From Candidatus Australimonas brisbanensis (lineage in GTDB: Bacteria; Chloroflexota; Dehalococcoidia; Lucifugimonadales; Australimonadaceae), in contig JAYQTA010000003.1 of assembly GCA_038147155.1 (NCBI GenBank), positions 90,838-154,837 of the forward strand: 64,000 nt of DNA. Reading direction: 5' to 3'. This document shows positions 12,781-22,472 of this stretch, piece after piece. The translations under genes were made by a program, and so were the position numbers. The stretch's first letter is position 1. Every line of letters begins with the position of its first letter. Under the pieces are notes generated by a model, which was not told the origin of the DNA, did not search any database, and saw nothing but the letters and a program-made list of their open reading frames with translations.

Positions 12781-14082
12781 CTAGGAACCCTGCGGGGCCA
12801 TATCAGGGTGGCGCGGCGGACGCGCCAGCGACATCAGCACCACGTTTAGGGCGAAGACCCCGCCGAAGATGAGGAACGCGGGTGTGTAGGAGCCGGTGGA
12901 GTCCTGGATGAACCCGGTGAGGGTGGGCCCCAGCGGGGCGAACAGGCGGAAGGGGGCGGTGAAGCCCCGGATCGCCCCCAGTGAGCGGCGGCCGAAGTAG
13001 TCGGCGTAGAGCATGTTCTCGATGACGGTCGAACCGCCCACCGCCAACCCGAAGGTGAGAGCGAAGGCCACCGCCAGCAGGTAGGAGTCGGCGATGATGA
13101 CTATGAGCATGGAGCAGAGCAGCAGGAAGCTCATGAGCATCGCTCCGTAGCGCACGTGGAGCCGGTCCAGCACCAGGCCCCAGGGCACCCCGGTGACGGC
13201 GGAGGTGGCGGCGAAGATGGAGAGCACGCTCACCGCAAGCGCGTCGGGCAGGCCCTTGTCGGAGAAGTTGCTCACCAGGTGCAGGTTGATGGCGCCCAGG
13301 GCGAAGCGGTCCACCGACATGTACGCCACCAGCAGCCAGAAGGCGCGCGTGCGCCGCGCTTGCGCCAGCGTCCAGGAGACGTCCTCCACGGTGCGGGCGA
13401 AGCGCGAGCCCCCTGCCCGGGGGGTTGCCTCGCGAGGCGCCGCATCGCCGTCGGGGTGGAGACCCAGGTCCTCCGGCCGCCGGCGCAGGTAGAGGGCACC
13501 GGGGACGATGATGGTGAGGGCGGTGAACCCCGCCAGCGCGGCGAAGGCCACCCGCCAGGACGAGGCGGCCATGATGGCGAAGATGACCATGGGGATGATG
13601 GCCTGGCCCGCACGCAGCCCCACGCTGCGCACCGCCACGGCGCGCCCCCGCTTGCGGACGAACCAGTTGGCGATGGTGACGCTGATGCCGATCTGGATGC
13701 CTGCCAGCGCCGACCCGCGTCCCACTCCGAACGCCAGCCAGAACTGCCAGGGCTCCTGCATCACCGACATACCCAGCATGGCCAGGGCGATGATGACCCC
13801 CGAGCACACCACGATGACCCGCGAGCCGTACCGGTCCAGCGCCTTGCCGAAGACGAAGGAGGAGACGTTGCCCGTCATGCTCCCCACGGTGAAGGCGAAG
13901 GAGATGGTGGCGCGCGACCAGCCCAGCTCCTCCTGCATGGGGGTGATGAACACCCCCAGCACCGGGCCGAACATGGGCACCATGCCGAAGGAGGCCACCA
14001 GCCCCGTGGCGACGATGGCCCAGCCGTAGTAGAGGCGCTTGAAGGGCCAGAGCCGAGGGATGGCGGGCGTCACGTCCTGCAC
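12781..14082 (-). CDS. MFS transporter (OFA-like)
   Basis: 433 aa, 12 predicted helices, N-terminus FKRLYYGWAIVATG as in the paralogs. Confidence 0.85.
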   Translation of the reverse strand: MQDVTPAIPRLWPFKRLYYGWAIVATGLVASFGMVPMFGPVLGVFITPMQEELGWSRATISFAFTVGSMTGNVSSFVFGKALDRYGSRVIVVCSGVIIALAMLGMSVMQEPWQFWLAFGVGRGSALAGIQIGISVTIANWFVRKRGRAVAVRSVGLRAGQAIIPMVIFAIMAASSWRVAFAALAGFTALTIIVPGALYLRRRPEDLGLHPDGDAAPREATPRAGGSRFARTVEDVSWTLAQARRTRAFWLLVAYMSVDRFALGAINLHLVSNFSDKGLPDALAVSVLSIFAATSAVTGVPWGLVLDRLHVRYGAMLMSFLLLCSMLIVIIADSYLLAVAFALTFGLAVGGSTVIENMLYADYFGRRSLGAIRGFTAPFRLFAPLGPTLTGFIQDSTGSYTPAFLIFGGVFALNVVLMSLARPPRHPDMAPQGS

Positions 14083-14136
14083 GTTCCGCTCCTGGGGCGG
14101 GATGGGGCCCGGTGATGATACGCCCCCGGGAGCGGG

Positions 14137-15468
14137 CTAGCGGGGGGCGTCGTCCAGGATGAGCCGGGCCACCTGGCGGCCCATGCGCACCGAGTAGTTG
14201 GTGCCCCGGTCCTCCGGGTAGATCTGGGTGGTGTTGGCCAGGTACAGCCCCGGCACCGGCGTGCGGTGGTTCGGCATGCGCTCGGCGTACCCACGCGTCA
14301 CCACCGGCTGCGCGGCGTCCACCCGGTGGTGGTGGTAGCGCGTGACCCAGGACGGCTCGAACGCCGGGTTCAGCGTCCGCAGGTGCGGCAGGTAGGCGTT
14401 GAACAGCTCCTCCGCACTCATGCGGTAGAGCGGGTCGTCCGTCTCCAGGTAGTTGGTGAGGTAGACCACGTGGGCCCCGCCGTACAGCGCGGGCGGGAGC
14501 ATGTTGGTGTGCTCGATGACGCCCAGGAAGGGCAGGGTCCTATCGCCCACGTATGTCCAGTAGAAGGGGGTGAGCGGCCGGTCGAGTTCGAGCACCACCA
14601 GCACGGCGGCCAGGTAGGTCTGGGACGCCAGTTGATCCAGGTAGCCCTGCGGCAGGGGCGGGGCGATGCGCGGGAGTACGAAGGAGGGCACCGTGGCCAG
14701 CACCGCATCGAACTCGTGCGTGGCGGGCTCGGCGTCCGGCGCGCCCACCTCCAGCCCCACGGCGCGCCCCCCTCGTTCGACCACCCGGCGCACTGGGGTG
14801 GAGAGGGTTATCTCCCCGCCGCGCTCACGGATGCGCTGGGCCAATACGTCGAACACCTCACCGAAGGAGCCCATGGGGTAGCCCAGCTGCTCGCGGGCCA
14901 TCCCGCGCAGCCCCTTGCCCCTCGATGCGGTGCGCAGGGCGAACTTGTTCCACAGCCAGGACATGGTGACCTGGTCGTAGTGGCGGCCGAACTTGCCCCG
15001 GAGCATGGGCTCGAAGATCACCTCGGCCACGCGGCGACCGCCCACACGCCGCACCCACTCGAGGGCGGTCTGTGATTCGAGGGAGTGCCACTCCCGGCGG
15101 CGCTGGAGCGCGAGGGTCATGAGCCCGGCGCGGATGCGGTCGAGCGGGGGCAGGGGGCCGAAGCGCAGCAGGTGCAGCGGGGTGGTGAAGGGCCACAGCC
15201 GCCCCTGGGCGAAGTAGCCCACCTTGGAGTCGAACCACGCCAGTCGCTCGCCCAGACCCAGCTCCTCCATGAGGGCGGCCATGGCGGTGTCGGAGCGGAA
15301 CAGGTGGTGGTAGCCGCGCTCCAGGGGCGTCCCGTTCACGGGGAAGGTGGAGGCCTGCCCGCCCAGGAAGGGCGCGCCCTCGAACACCGCCACCTGGTGT
15401 CCGGCGTTCGTCAGGTCGTAGGCGGCGGCGAGGCCCGCGGCTCCCGCGCCGATGATGCCAACCCTCAC
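14137..15468 (-). CDS. FAD/NAD(P)-binding oxidoreductase (amine-oxidase / phytoene-desaturase fold)
   Basis: N-terminal MRVGIIGAGAAGLAAAYDL...VAVFE dinucleotide fold. 443 aa. Overlaps the upstream gene by 4 nt. Confidence 0.8.
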   Translation of the reverse strand: MRVGIIGAGAAGLAAAYDLTNAGHQVAVFEGAPFLGGQASTFPVNGTPLERGYHHLFRSDTAMAALMEELGLGERLAWFDSKVGYFAQGRLWPFTTPLHLLRFGPLPPLDRIRAGLMTLALQRRREWHSLESQTALEWVRRVGGRRVAEVIFEPMLRGKFGRHYDQVTMSWLWNKFALRTASRGKGLRGMAREQLGYPMGSFGEVFDVLAQRIRERGGEITLSTPVRRVVERGGRAVGLEVGAPDAEPATHEFDAVLATVPSFVLPRIAPPLPQGYLDQLASQTYLAAVLVVLELDRPLTPFYWTYVGDRTLPFLGVIEHTNMLPPALYGGAHVVYLTNYLETDDPLYRMSAEELFNAYLPHLRTLNPAFEPSWVTRYHHHRVDAAQPVVTRGYAERMPNHRTPVPGLYLANTTQIYPEDRGTNYSVRMGRQVARLILDDAPR

Positions 15469-16508
15469 TCGCCACCTCTCGTGCCCGTCCTCACCAGCTC
15501 ACCCAGCCGCACGTGGGCCACGGCCAGCGCCACCAGCCCCCCGACGATCACCGGGGCCAGCAGCGCGGCGTGCAGCACAACGGCGTAGGCGGCGGCAGGC
15601 CCTGCCGCAACGCCCAGGGCGGACAGGCCCAGCGCGGCGAACAGTTCGAAGGGCCCCACGCTGCCCTGCGAGGAGGGCAGGGCCGTGGCCAGGTTGGAGA
15701 GGGCCACCACCACCACCGTCGCCCCCAACAGCCCACCCAGCCCGCCCAGGGGCTCCTGGAGGCCGAAGCCCAGGGCGACGATGAAGTACATCACCCCCTC
15801 CATGACCCAGATGGGCAGGGAGAGGGCGGCGAGCGCCGCCAGGCGCCCCGGCCGGTGCAGGCCCGCGAACCCGGCTAGGAACCGCTCGGCCAGGCCGTCG
15901 ACCCGCGCGCCCAGCCGGCCGGGGAGCAGGTGGGTGAGGCGGCGGGTGATGCGGATGAACGCCTCCGGCCAGCCTGCCGCCGCCAGCATGGCCCCCAGCA
16001 CGGCGGCGAAGGGCGCGGTCAGCAGCGCGCCCACCGCCCAGCCGGGTAGCCCCGCCGTCTCGGCCATCCGTCCGCCCAGCCCGCTGGCGGGCAGCGCCAG
16101 CAGGGCACCGGCGAGCAGGGCCAGCAGCAGCAGCCCGTCCAACACCCGTTCCACCAAGATCGTGGCCAGGGCCGTGCTTCCCCGCACCGGCTCGCGGGTC
16201 GAGAGGTAGTACGAGCGCACCAACTCCCCCAGCCGCAGGGGCAGCAGGTTATTGGCGGCATACCCCACCAGCACCACGGGGTAGAGGCGGCGCACACGTG
16301 TGGGCGCGAAGGGCGCCAGCAGCACCTTCCAGCGCAGGGAGCGGAAGAGGAGGGAGACGAAGTAGACCGTTACGGCGGGGGCCAGGGTGAGGTAGTTGGC
16401 CGAGGCCAGCGCCTCCCCCATGGCGGACAGGTCCGCCCGCCACAGCAGCAGCGCGATGAATAGGGCGCTCGCCGCGATGCCGAGCCAGATGCGCCGGTCC
16501 GCCAGCAC
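15465..16508 (-). CDS. UPF0104 / LPG-synthase-TM (flippase-like) membrane protein
   Basis: Start trimmed to GTG 16508..16506 (VLADRRIWLGIAASALF...), preceded by GGAGG 4 nt upstream. The track extension is Arg/Pro/Trp junk. Polytopic membrane protein. Confidence 0.72.
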   Translation of the reverse strand: MLADRRIWLGIAASALFIALLLWRADLSAMGEALASANYLTLAPAVTVYFVSLLFRSLRWKVLLAPFAPTRVRRLYPVVLVGYAANNLLPLRLGELVRSYYLSTREPVRGSTALATILVERVLDGLLLLALLAGALLALPASGLGGRMAETAGLPGWAVGALLTAPFAAVLGAMLAAAGWPEAFIRITRRLTHLLPGRLGARVDGLAERFLAGFAGLHRPGRLAALAALSLPIWVMEGVMYFIVALGFGLQEPLGGLGGLLGATVVVVALSNLATALPSSQGSVGPFELFAALGLSALGVAAGPAAAYAVVLHAALLAPVIVGGLVALAVAHVRLGELVRTGTRGGE

Positions 16509-16569
16509 GGGGCCTCCGGGGTTGGGGTGGGGCTGCGGCAGGGGCCGCCGGGCCAGTATAGCGGGCCGC

Positions 16570-18861
16570 TCACTCCTCCCGCGCGGCACGCAGCGCGGAG
16601 CACCCCTGCGCCAGGGGGGCCAGGGCGTCCGCCACGAACACCACGCCCTGGGAACGCTGCATGTAGGAAGGAGCGAGGTGGGTCGTGCGCCGCCCGAAGA
16701 CGTAACGCGCCAGGGTATCCCACGCGCTGGCATCGCGGGCGCTGGCCCACAGCACCGAGGGGGAGAGGGTGTTGTAGGCGTAGTTGGGGAACCACCACAG
16801 GTGGAACAGCGAGCCCACCTCGGTGAAGCCCACCAGCCCGTCCGCGTTGCGCGGGACGACCCACCGGCTGGAGAGCACCACGTCGGCGGGGGGCGGGAAG
16901 CCCATGGGGGAGGCGTTCAGGTCTTGGTAACTCACCTGCGGGTACGCACGCAGGTACCAGCGCCACTGCCACTGGAAGTTGTCGGAGGTGTCCACCAGGA
17001 TGCGCAGCGTCTGGGGGGTGAATCCGGGGCTCACGGCCAGCCGCCCGATGCACTCGGCGGCGTAGGTGGTCTCCTGCCCGGTCTGGGAGAAGACCAGCAG
17101 TTCGGTGGGGCGCTCCAGCCCCGCGACGTCGTAGGATGCGCGCCAGGCGGTGAATGAGGTGAACGCGGCGAGCACCGCCAGTGCCCCCAGCGCCACCGCA
17201 GCCCACGCGGGCGCCTGGGGTGAGCCCTCCCGCACCCCCAGCGCCGAGGCCGCCTGGTGCAGCACCTCTCCCGCCCCGTGGCGCAGCGCGGGCACCAGCG
17301 CCGCCACGCCCCCGGCGGCCAGCAGTACGCCGGTCCACAGCAGCGGGTCGCGCAGGGGGGTATCGGCCAGCAGCGCACGGGCAGCAACCAGGGGGATGCC
17401 CAGCGAGGGCAGGGCCCCGGCGGCGAGGGCCGGGAGGTTGAGCCGGGCGGTCGTGGTGCTACGGGCCAGCGCGTCCAGGGCGCGCGCGCCCACCAGCACC
17501 AGGGGCAGCGCCACGTCCACGGTGAGCCAGGGCATGCGCTCGCCCGCGTAGGCGAACAGCGCGGTGTTCAGCACCGCCCAACCCAGCAGGAAGCGGTCGA
17601 ACGCGCTCCGCCGCCGCCACACCAGCCACCCGGCCCCGGCCAGCGCGGCCACCACGGTGAGCGTCTCGTACAGACCCAGCGTGAGCCCGTAGTAGTACCA
17701 GGGTTGGCTGGCGCGCTCCACGCCGTGCTGGGCCATCCAGTAGCCCAGGGAGCCCCACAGGCCGGTGTAGAAGCCCTTGGCGTTGTGGAAGAGGGAGGTG
17801 TGCAGTGCCAGCCAGGGAGCCCAGAACAGCGCGGCCAACACCAGCCAGCGCCGCCCGTTCCAGCGCACCCCCATGGACAGCGCCAGCACAGCCAGCCCCA
17901 CCACCAGCGCCGCGGCGATGTACAGCCCACCCCCTGCCGGTGAGCCGGTGGGCACCGCGGCGCGGGTCAACTCCCCCGCGATGACGCGATGATCCGATGC
18001 GTCGGGGTTGGCCAGCACCAGCCCCAGCGGCCCCTGGGCCAGCGCGGCCAGCGGGGCCCACAGCGGCGCGGTGAGAGTCCCCAGCACCAGCAGCAGCGAA
18101 CCAGCGGGGGGCAATTGGGCCAGGGTGCGCCGGCCGCTCAGCCACGCCCACCAGCCGGGAGCGCTCCACAGCGCCAGAAGCAACCCGAAGGAGCCCGCCA
18201 GCATGAAGGCCGTCTCCTTGGTGGAGAAGGCTGCTGACCAGGCCAGGGCCCACACCACCAGGTGCCAGTGCCGAGGCGCGCGGGTGTGACGCCAGACCAA
18301 TGCCGCCAGCACCAGGGCGAAGAGCGACATGTACACGTCGTTGCGCAGGAAGCGCGCGAAGTAGAGGCCCGTGGGGGAGGTGAGGAGCAGGAGACCCGCG
18401 CCCAGCGCCCCCCAGCGGCCCAGCGCCCCGCGCAGCGCCAGGGGGAGCGCCACCACCGCCGCGCCCGCCAGCGCGGGCAGCAATCGTGCCGTCACGTCTG
18501 AGGAGCCCAGCAGCTTGAAGGTGCCCGCGGCCAGGTGGAACAGAAGCGGGCCGTGGGTGAGCGGGGTGTGGGTGTAGCCCATCCCCTCGGCGTAGCGCCA
18601 GGCGTACCAGGCGTGGAGCAGCTCGTCATAGTGCAGCGCACGTCCGCCCACATCCCACAGCCGGGTGGTCAGTGCCATGCCCGTCAGCGCGGCCCAGGCA
18701 CAGCGCTCCAGCCGTGACAGCCCGCCCCACCACGCCCATGCCCGGTGCGGCGCGGAGCGTGCCCACACCCGCGTGCGGGCCCATCGTTCACGCGCTCCGG
18801 CGCGTGCGCGGGCGAGTAGAGCGCGTGCGCGCTCGACCACCTGGCCCCAGCGCCGGCGCAT
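16570..18861 (-). CDS. GT-C-fold glycosyltransferase-like membrane protein (PMT_2 / TIGR03663-like)
   Basis: Start trimmed to ATG 18861..18859 (MRRRWGQV...), which shares one base with the upstream stop. HYDELLHAWYAWRY first-loop acidic motif followed by many helices. Confidence 0.72.
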   Translation of the reverse strand: MRRRWGQVVERARALLARARAGARERWARTRVWARSAPHRAWAWWGGLSRLERCAWAALTGMALTTRLWDVGGRALHYDELLHAWYAWRYAEGMGYTHTPLTHGPLLFHLAAGTFKLLGSSDVTARLLPALAGAAVVALPLALRGALGRWGALGAGLLLLTSPTGLYFARFLRNDVYMSLFALVLAALVWRHTRAPRHWHLVVWALAWSAAFSTKETAFMLAGSFGLLLALWSAPGWWAWLSGRRTLAQLPPAGSLLLVLGTLTAPLWAPLAALAQGPLGLVLANPDASDHRVIAGELTRAAVPTGSPAGGGLYIAAALVVGLAVLALSMGVRWNGRRWLVLAALFWAPWLALHTSLFHNAKGFYTGLWGSLGYWMAQHGVERASQPWYYYGLTLGLYETLTVVAALAGAGWLVWRRRSAFDRFLLGWAVLNTALFAYAGERMPWLTVDVALPLVLVGARALDALARSTTTARLNLPALAAGALPSLGIPLVAARALLADTPLRDPLLWTGVLLAAGGVAALVPALRHGAGEVLHQAASALGVREGSPQAPAWAAVALGALAVLAAFTSFTAWRASYDVAGLERPTELLVFSQTGQETTYAAECIGRLAVSPGFTPQTLRILVDTSDNFQWQWRWYLRAYPQVSYQDLNASPMGFPPPADVVLSSRWVVPRNADGLVGFTEVGSLFHLWWFPNYAYNTLSPSVLWASARDASAWDTLARYVFGRRTTHLAPSYMQRSQGVVFVADALAPLAQGCSALRAAREE

Positions 18862-21800
18862 CACGGGTTCACCTGGTAGACGATGAATCCGTTGGACACG
18901 AACGCCACTGTCCCCAGCGCCGCCACGCCCGCCCCGGCATCCGGGCCGTAGGCCCCCAGTTCGCGGGTGCCCACCACCACGTAGTCCGCGCCGTAGCGCG
19001 CCAGCAGAGGAGCGGCCTCCTCGGGGGTTGCGGCGCGGTAGATGGCGCGGGCGTCGGCACAGCGGGCATCGATGGCGGCCCCGTCCGAGCGCCACTGGCG
19101 CTCGCTGCCCGTCCAGGCCAGCACCGTGGCCCGTCCTGTCGCCGCGGCGATGCGCCCCGCCGTGGTGTAGGAGGAGTTGCCGCAGCCCGCATCGCGTGTG
19201 GACACCTCGGGCGCCTCCAGCACCACGGAATCGCGGGGGGTGTTCGTCCGCACCCACTCGATGACGGCGAGCTCACCGGGGGCGGACCGGGCCATGTCCG
19301 AGAGCCCGTCCAGGCTGAAGCGCCCGCCGCTCTCGGCGACCCGGCTGGCCACCGCCGCCGCCGGGTAGTAGGCGGTGAGGACCGCGCCCGCCACCAGCGC
19401 GCCCGTCCACACCGCTCGGCCCACCCGACCGGGCACGCCGTCGCGCCGCCACAGGCTGCCCACGTACCAGATGCCGAAGGCGCCCACCACCGCCAGCAGC
19501 TGCCAGGCCTGGTAGGTGAACTTGAAGTAGGTGTTCCAGCGCCGCAGGCCGCCGCCGAACACGTCCACCACGTGCCAGAGCTCCACGCCCATCACCAGCA
19601 TCAGCGCCATGCCCGTCACCATCAGCACCGCGGCCACCCCCCCCTCCTGGGGCTCGCGCCCGCCGCGCGCCCGCTCGCCGTCGCGGTGCGCCAGCGTCCA
19701 GGCCACGTAGAAGGCGAGGGTTGCGGCCGCGGCCAGCGGCAGCACCGTGAGCAGGCGCGCGATGGCGAGGGAGGGCAGGGGGGCCCCATCCGGCCCGTGC
19801 TCCGCGTAGACGATGCCGTTGTAGAGGAGCAGTCCGGCCAGCAGGGCTCCTGCCGCGAAGCGCGTGACGCCCGTGTTCAGGCTGAAGGAGCTCTCGTCCA
19901 GCGAGGTGAGCCGTACCCCGGCCCGGTGGAGCACCAGCAGCAGCGCGAACAGCGCATAGATGGGGAAGCCGTAGATGGGCTGGAGCCACAGGACGATGGG
20001 GGAGAAGGTGAGCCCCGAGACCAGGAGCAGCCTGCCCAGGTGGAACCCAGCCCTGGTCACCGACCGGCGAGCCGCCAGCACCAGGAGGGGGGCCACCAGA
20101 ACGGCCTGGCTCCCCCACAGGATAGCCAGGTGGACGGGGCGGGTGAGCAGGTCCTTCAGCGGCAGCACGCCCTGGGCTGCGGGCTCGAAGGTCGCAAGGA
20201 AGGGCCAGATCAGCGCCAGCGCGGCGCCGGTGAAGAGCCCCGCCGCCGTCAGCGCCCGCGCCAGGGTCCAGCGGCCCACCAGCTTGCGCACCGGGCGCCA
20301 GCGGTCCAGGCTGCGCCGGTAGGTGTAGGACGCACCTTGACCGGAGCCTGAGGCGCCCACGGCCAGCAGATCCCCATGCAGCGCCACCGCCGCGCCGAAG
20401 TCGCCCTGGGAGCCCGCATCGGCACCGGTCACGCGCGCGTGCGGCTGCCACCCATCGCCGCCCAGGTGGTACAGGTAGGCGGCGCCGGCGCGCTGCGCCC
20501 CCGCGTGCTCATGGGGCGAGGTGGCCGCGAGGTAGAGGCCGGAGACGGCCACCGCTGCCCCGAAGGAGCTGCGCGCCGTGGCCTCGCGCTCCCGCAGCTG
20601 CTCCATGGTGACCCATTCGCCGTCTTGCCAGTTGAACAGTTGCACCGCGCCCGCTCCGCCCACCACCAGGACGCGCCCATCGGCCGCCAGCGAGCGACCC
20701 ATCCCGGCGATGCCGGCGTCCTCCCGCGCCCGCAGCGGCTCCGCCGCCCGCCAGCCGTCGGACCAGCGCAGCCAGCGGTGCACCGCACCCATGCCGTCAG
20801 CGGGCGCGCCCGCCAGCAGTTCGGCCTCGTTGAGCACCACATTACGGCCGAATGACTCCCCCGCGCCGGGCGGGCTCACCTGCAGCGAGTGCGCCCACCG
20901 GCCCTCGGTGCGCTCGTACAGGTGCACCGTCCCCAGCGAGCCCACGGCGATGGTCGTCCCGTCTACCGCGACGGCGCGTCCGAAGCCTGTGGCGGGGTCC
21001 GGGGGACGCAGGGTGGTGCGCAGCGTCCAGCGCGTGCCCTCCTCATCGTCGCGGGTGTAGACCAGCACCAATCCGGTGCGCGCGGCGCCGGGCGCGCCCA
21101 CCACCAGCGTGCGCTCGTCCAGTGCCACCGCCGCGCCGAACCGTGCGCTGGCCTCCGGTGACGGGTGCCGGAGCCGCCCGGCCGAGCGCCACGCCCCGTC
21201 GACGTTGCGGAACAGGCGCACCTGCCCGGCGTAGGGGACGTCCTCCACCGGGGTGCCCGGCGCGCCGATCACCAGAACGCCGGCACGCAGCGCCACCGCT
21301 GCCCCCAGCTGGTCCGTGCGCGCGGAGCGCACCGCGTTGAGCAGGATCGCGCCCACCACCAGGGCCGCGCTCAGCGGCAGGTCCCACAGGTTGATTGCCC
21401 CCAGCGCACCGGCGCTGGTCAACGCCACCAGCACCAGCCCCCAGTGCTGGCGCAGCGCGCCACGGCGCAGCAGCCCCGGCTGGAGTACCAGCTGCACCGA
21501 CGCCGCCACCGCCAGCAGCAGGAACCCCAGGGAGAGCACGTGCGGGTGCAGGTCGCCCAGCACCAGGCTGAAGGCGGGGAACTCGGAGATGGCCCCCGGC
21601 ACCACCCGCGATGCCTTGAACCACCACCAGAAGCCGTCGGGGTGCCAGCCCGGCGCGGGGGCGTCGGCGCTCAACCCCTCGATGCCCACCCAGCCCCAGA
21701 AGCCCGCAGTGCCACCGCCCCCTGCCCGCAGCAGCTCCAGCACCCCCTCCAGGTTGGAGGCGATGAGGAGCAGGAACACCGCTGCAACCCCGGCCAGCGC

Positions 21801-22442
21801 CGCCCCGTCCTGGCTCCCGCGCGCCAGGCGAACTAGGGATGAGGCGAGCCCGAACGCCGCCACCGCGCCCAGCGCCCCCACCGTGGCCATGCCCAGGGTG
21901 TAGCCCACACCCACGCTTACCCCGGTGAGCAGGGTGAGGGCGCCGATGAACAGGTAGCCCAGGTAGTAGTAGGAGACGGGTTCACCCGCCATCCACGCGT
22001 CCGTGGGCGGGTAGTGGGGTGAGGTGGTGACGGCGCTGAGGAACATCAGGTCCGAGGTCTGCTCGGTGTGGCCGATACCGGGCACCGATGCGCGCAGCAA
22101 CGCCACTCCCACCAGCACCGAGACCAGCACCAATTCAGCGGTGAGCACCGGGCCAGAGTGTTCGCGCACCTGTGCCCACAACTCATGCAGCTGACGGCGC
22201 ACGGGCAGCCACGCTACCAGCGCCACCAGCGCGAGGGCCACCAGCACCGACCAGCGCGAGTTGGGGAGCGTGTGGGTGAGGCCGATGGCCCAGGTGGCGA
22301 GCCCCACCAGCAGCAGGCCCAGGGGTTTGGAGAACGCCCACCAGCCGGCGGGCATGCGGGAGAAGGCACGCCAGGCCAGCGGCGCGGCCACCAGTGCCAT
22401 CGCCTCCAGGGCCACCAGCCATAGGGCCAAGGTCAGCAGCAC
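18861..22442 (-). CDS. DUF2298 ('Chlor_Arch_YYY') membrane protein with inserted FG-GAP-type repeat block
   Basis: 1193 aa. GEPVSYYYLGYLF signature. Polytopic N- and C-terminal regions flank seven FG-GAP-like repeats (residues about 377-716). Confidence 0.75.
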   Translation of the reverse strand: MLLTLALWLVALEAMALVAAPLAWRAFSRMPAGWWAFSKPLGLLLVGLATWAIGLTHTLPNSRWSVLVALALVALVAWLPVRRQLHELWAQVREHSGPVLTAELVLVSVLVGVALLRASVPGIGHTEQTSDLMFLSAVTTSPHYPPTDAWMAGEPVSYYYLGYLFIGALTLLTGVSVGVGYTLGMATVGALGAVAAFGLASSLVRLARGSQDGAALAGVAAVFLLLIASNLEGVLELLRAGGGGTAGFWGWVGIEGLSADAPAPGWHPDGFWWWFKASRVVPGAISEFPAFSLVLGDLHPHVLSLGFLLLAVAASVQLVLQPGLLRRGALRQHWGLVLVALTSAGALGAINLWDLPLSAALVVGAILLNAVRSARTDQLGAAVALRAGVLVIGAPGTPVEDVPYAGQVRLFRNVDGAWRSAGRLRHPSPEASARFGAAVALDERTLVVGAPGAARTGLVLVYTRDDEEGTRWTLRTTLRPPDPATGFGRAVAVDGTTIAVGSLGTVHLYERTEGRWAHSLQVSPPGAGESFGRNVVLNEAELLAGAPADGMGAVHRWLRWSDGWRAAEPLRAREDAGIAGMGRSLAADGRVLVVGGAGAVQLFNWQDGEWVTMEQLREREATARSSFGAAVAVSGLYLAATSPHEHAGAQRAGAAYLYHLGGDGWQPHARVTGADAGSQGDFGAAVALHGDLLAVGASGSGQGASYTYRRSLDRWRPVRKLVGRWTLARALTAAGLFTGAALALIWPFLATFEPAAQGVLPLKDLLTRPVHLAILWGSQAVLVAPLLVLAARRSVTRAGFHLGRLLLVSGLTFSPIVLWLQPIYGFPIYALFALLLVLHRAGVRLTSLDESSFSLNTGVTRFAAGALLAGLLLYNGIVYAEHGPDGAPLPSLAIARLLTVLPLAAAATLAFYVAWTLAHRDGERARGGREPQEGGVAAVLMVTGMALMLVMGVELWHVVDVFGGGLRRWNTYFKFTYQAWQLLAVVGAFGIWYVGSLWRRDGVPGRVGRAVWTGALVAGAVLTAYYPAAAVASRVAESGGRFSLDGLSDMARSAPGELAVIEWVRTNTPRDSVVLEAPEVSTRDAGCGNSSYTTAGRIAAATGRATVLAWTGSERQWRSDGAAIDARCADARAIYRAATPEEAAPLLARYGADYVVVGTRELGAYGPDAGAGVAALGTVAFVSNGFIVYQVNP

Positions 22443-22472
22443 GCGCTCTCCCTGCTCAACTCTGCGGGCATC

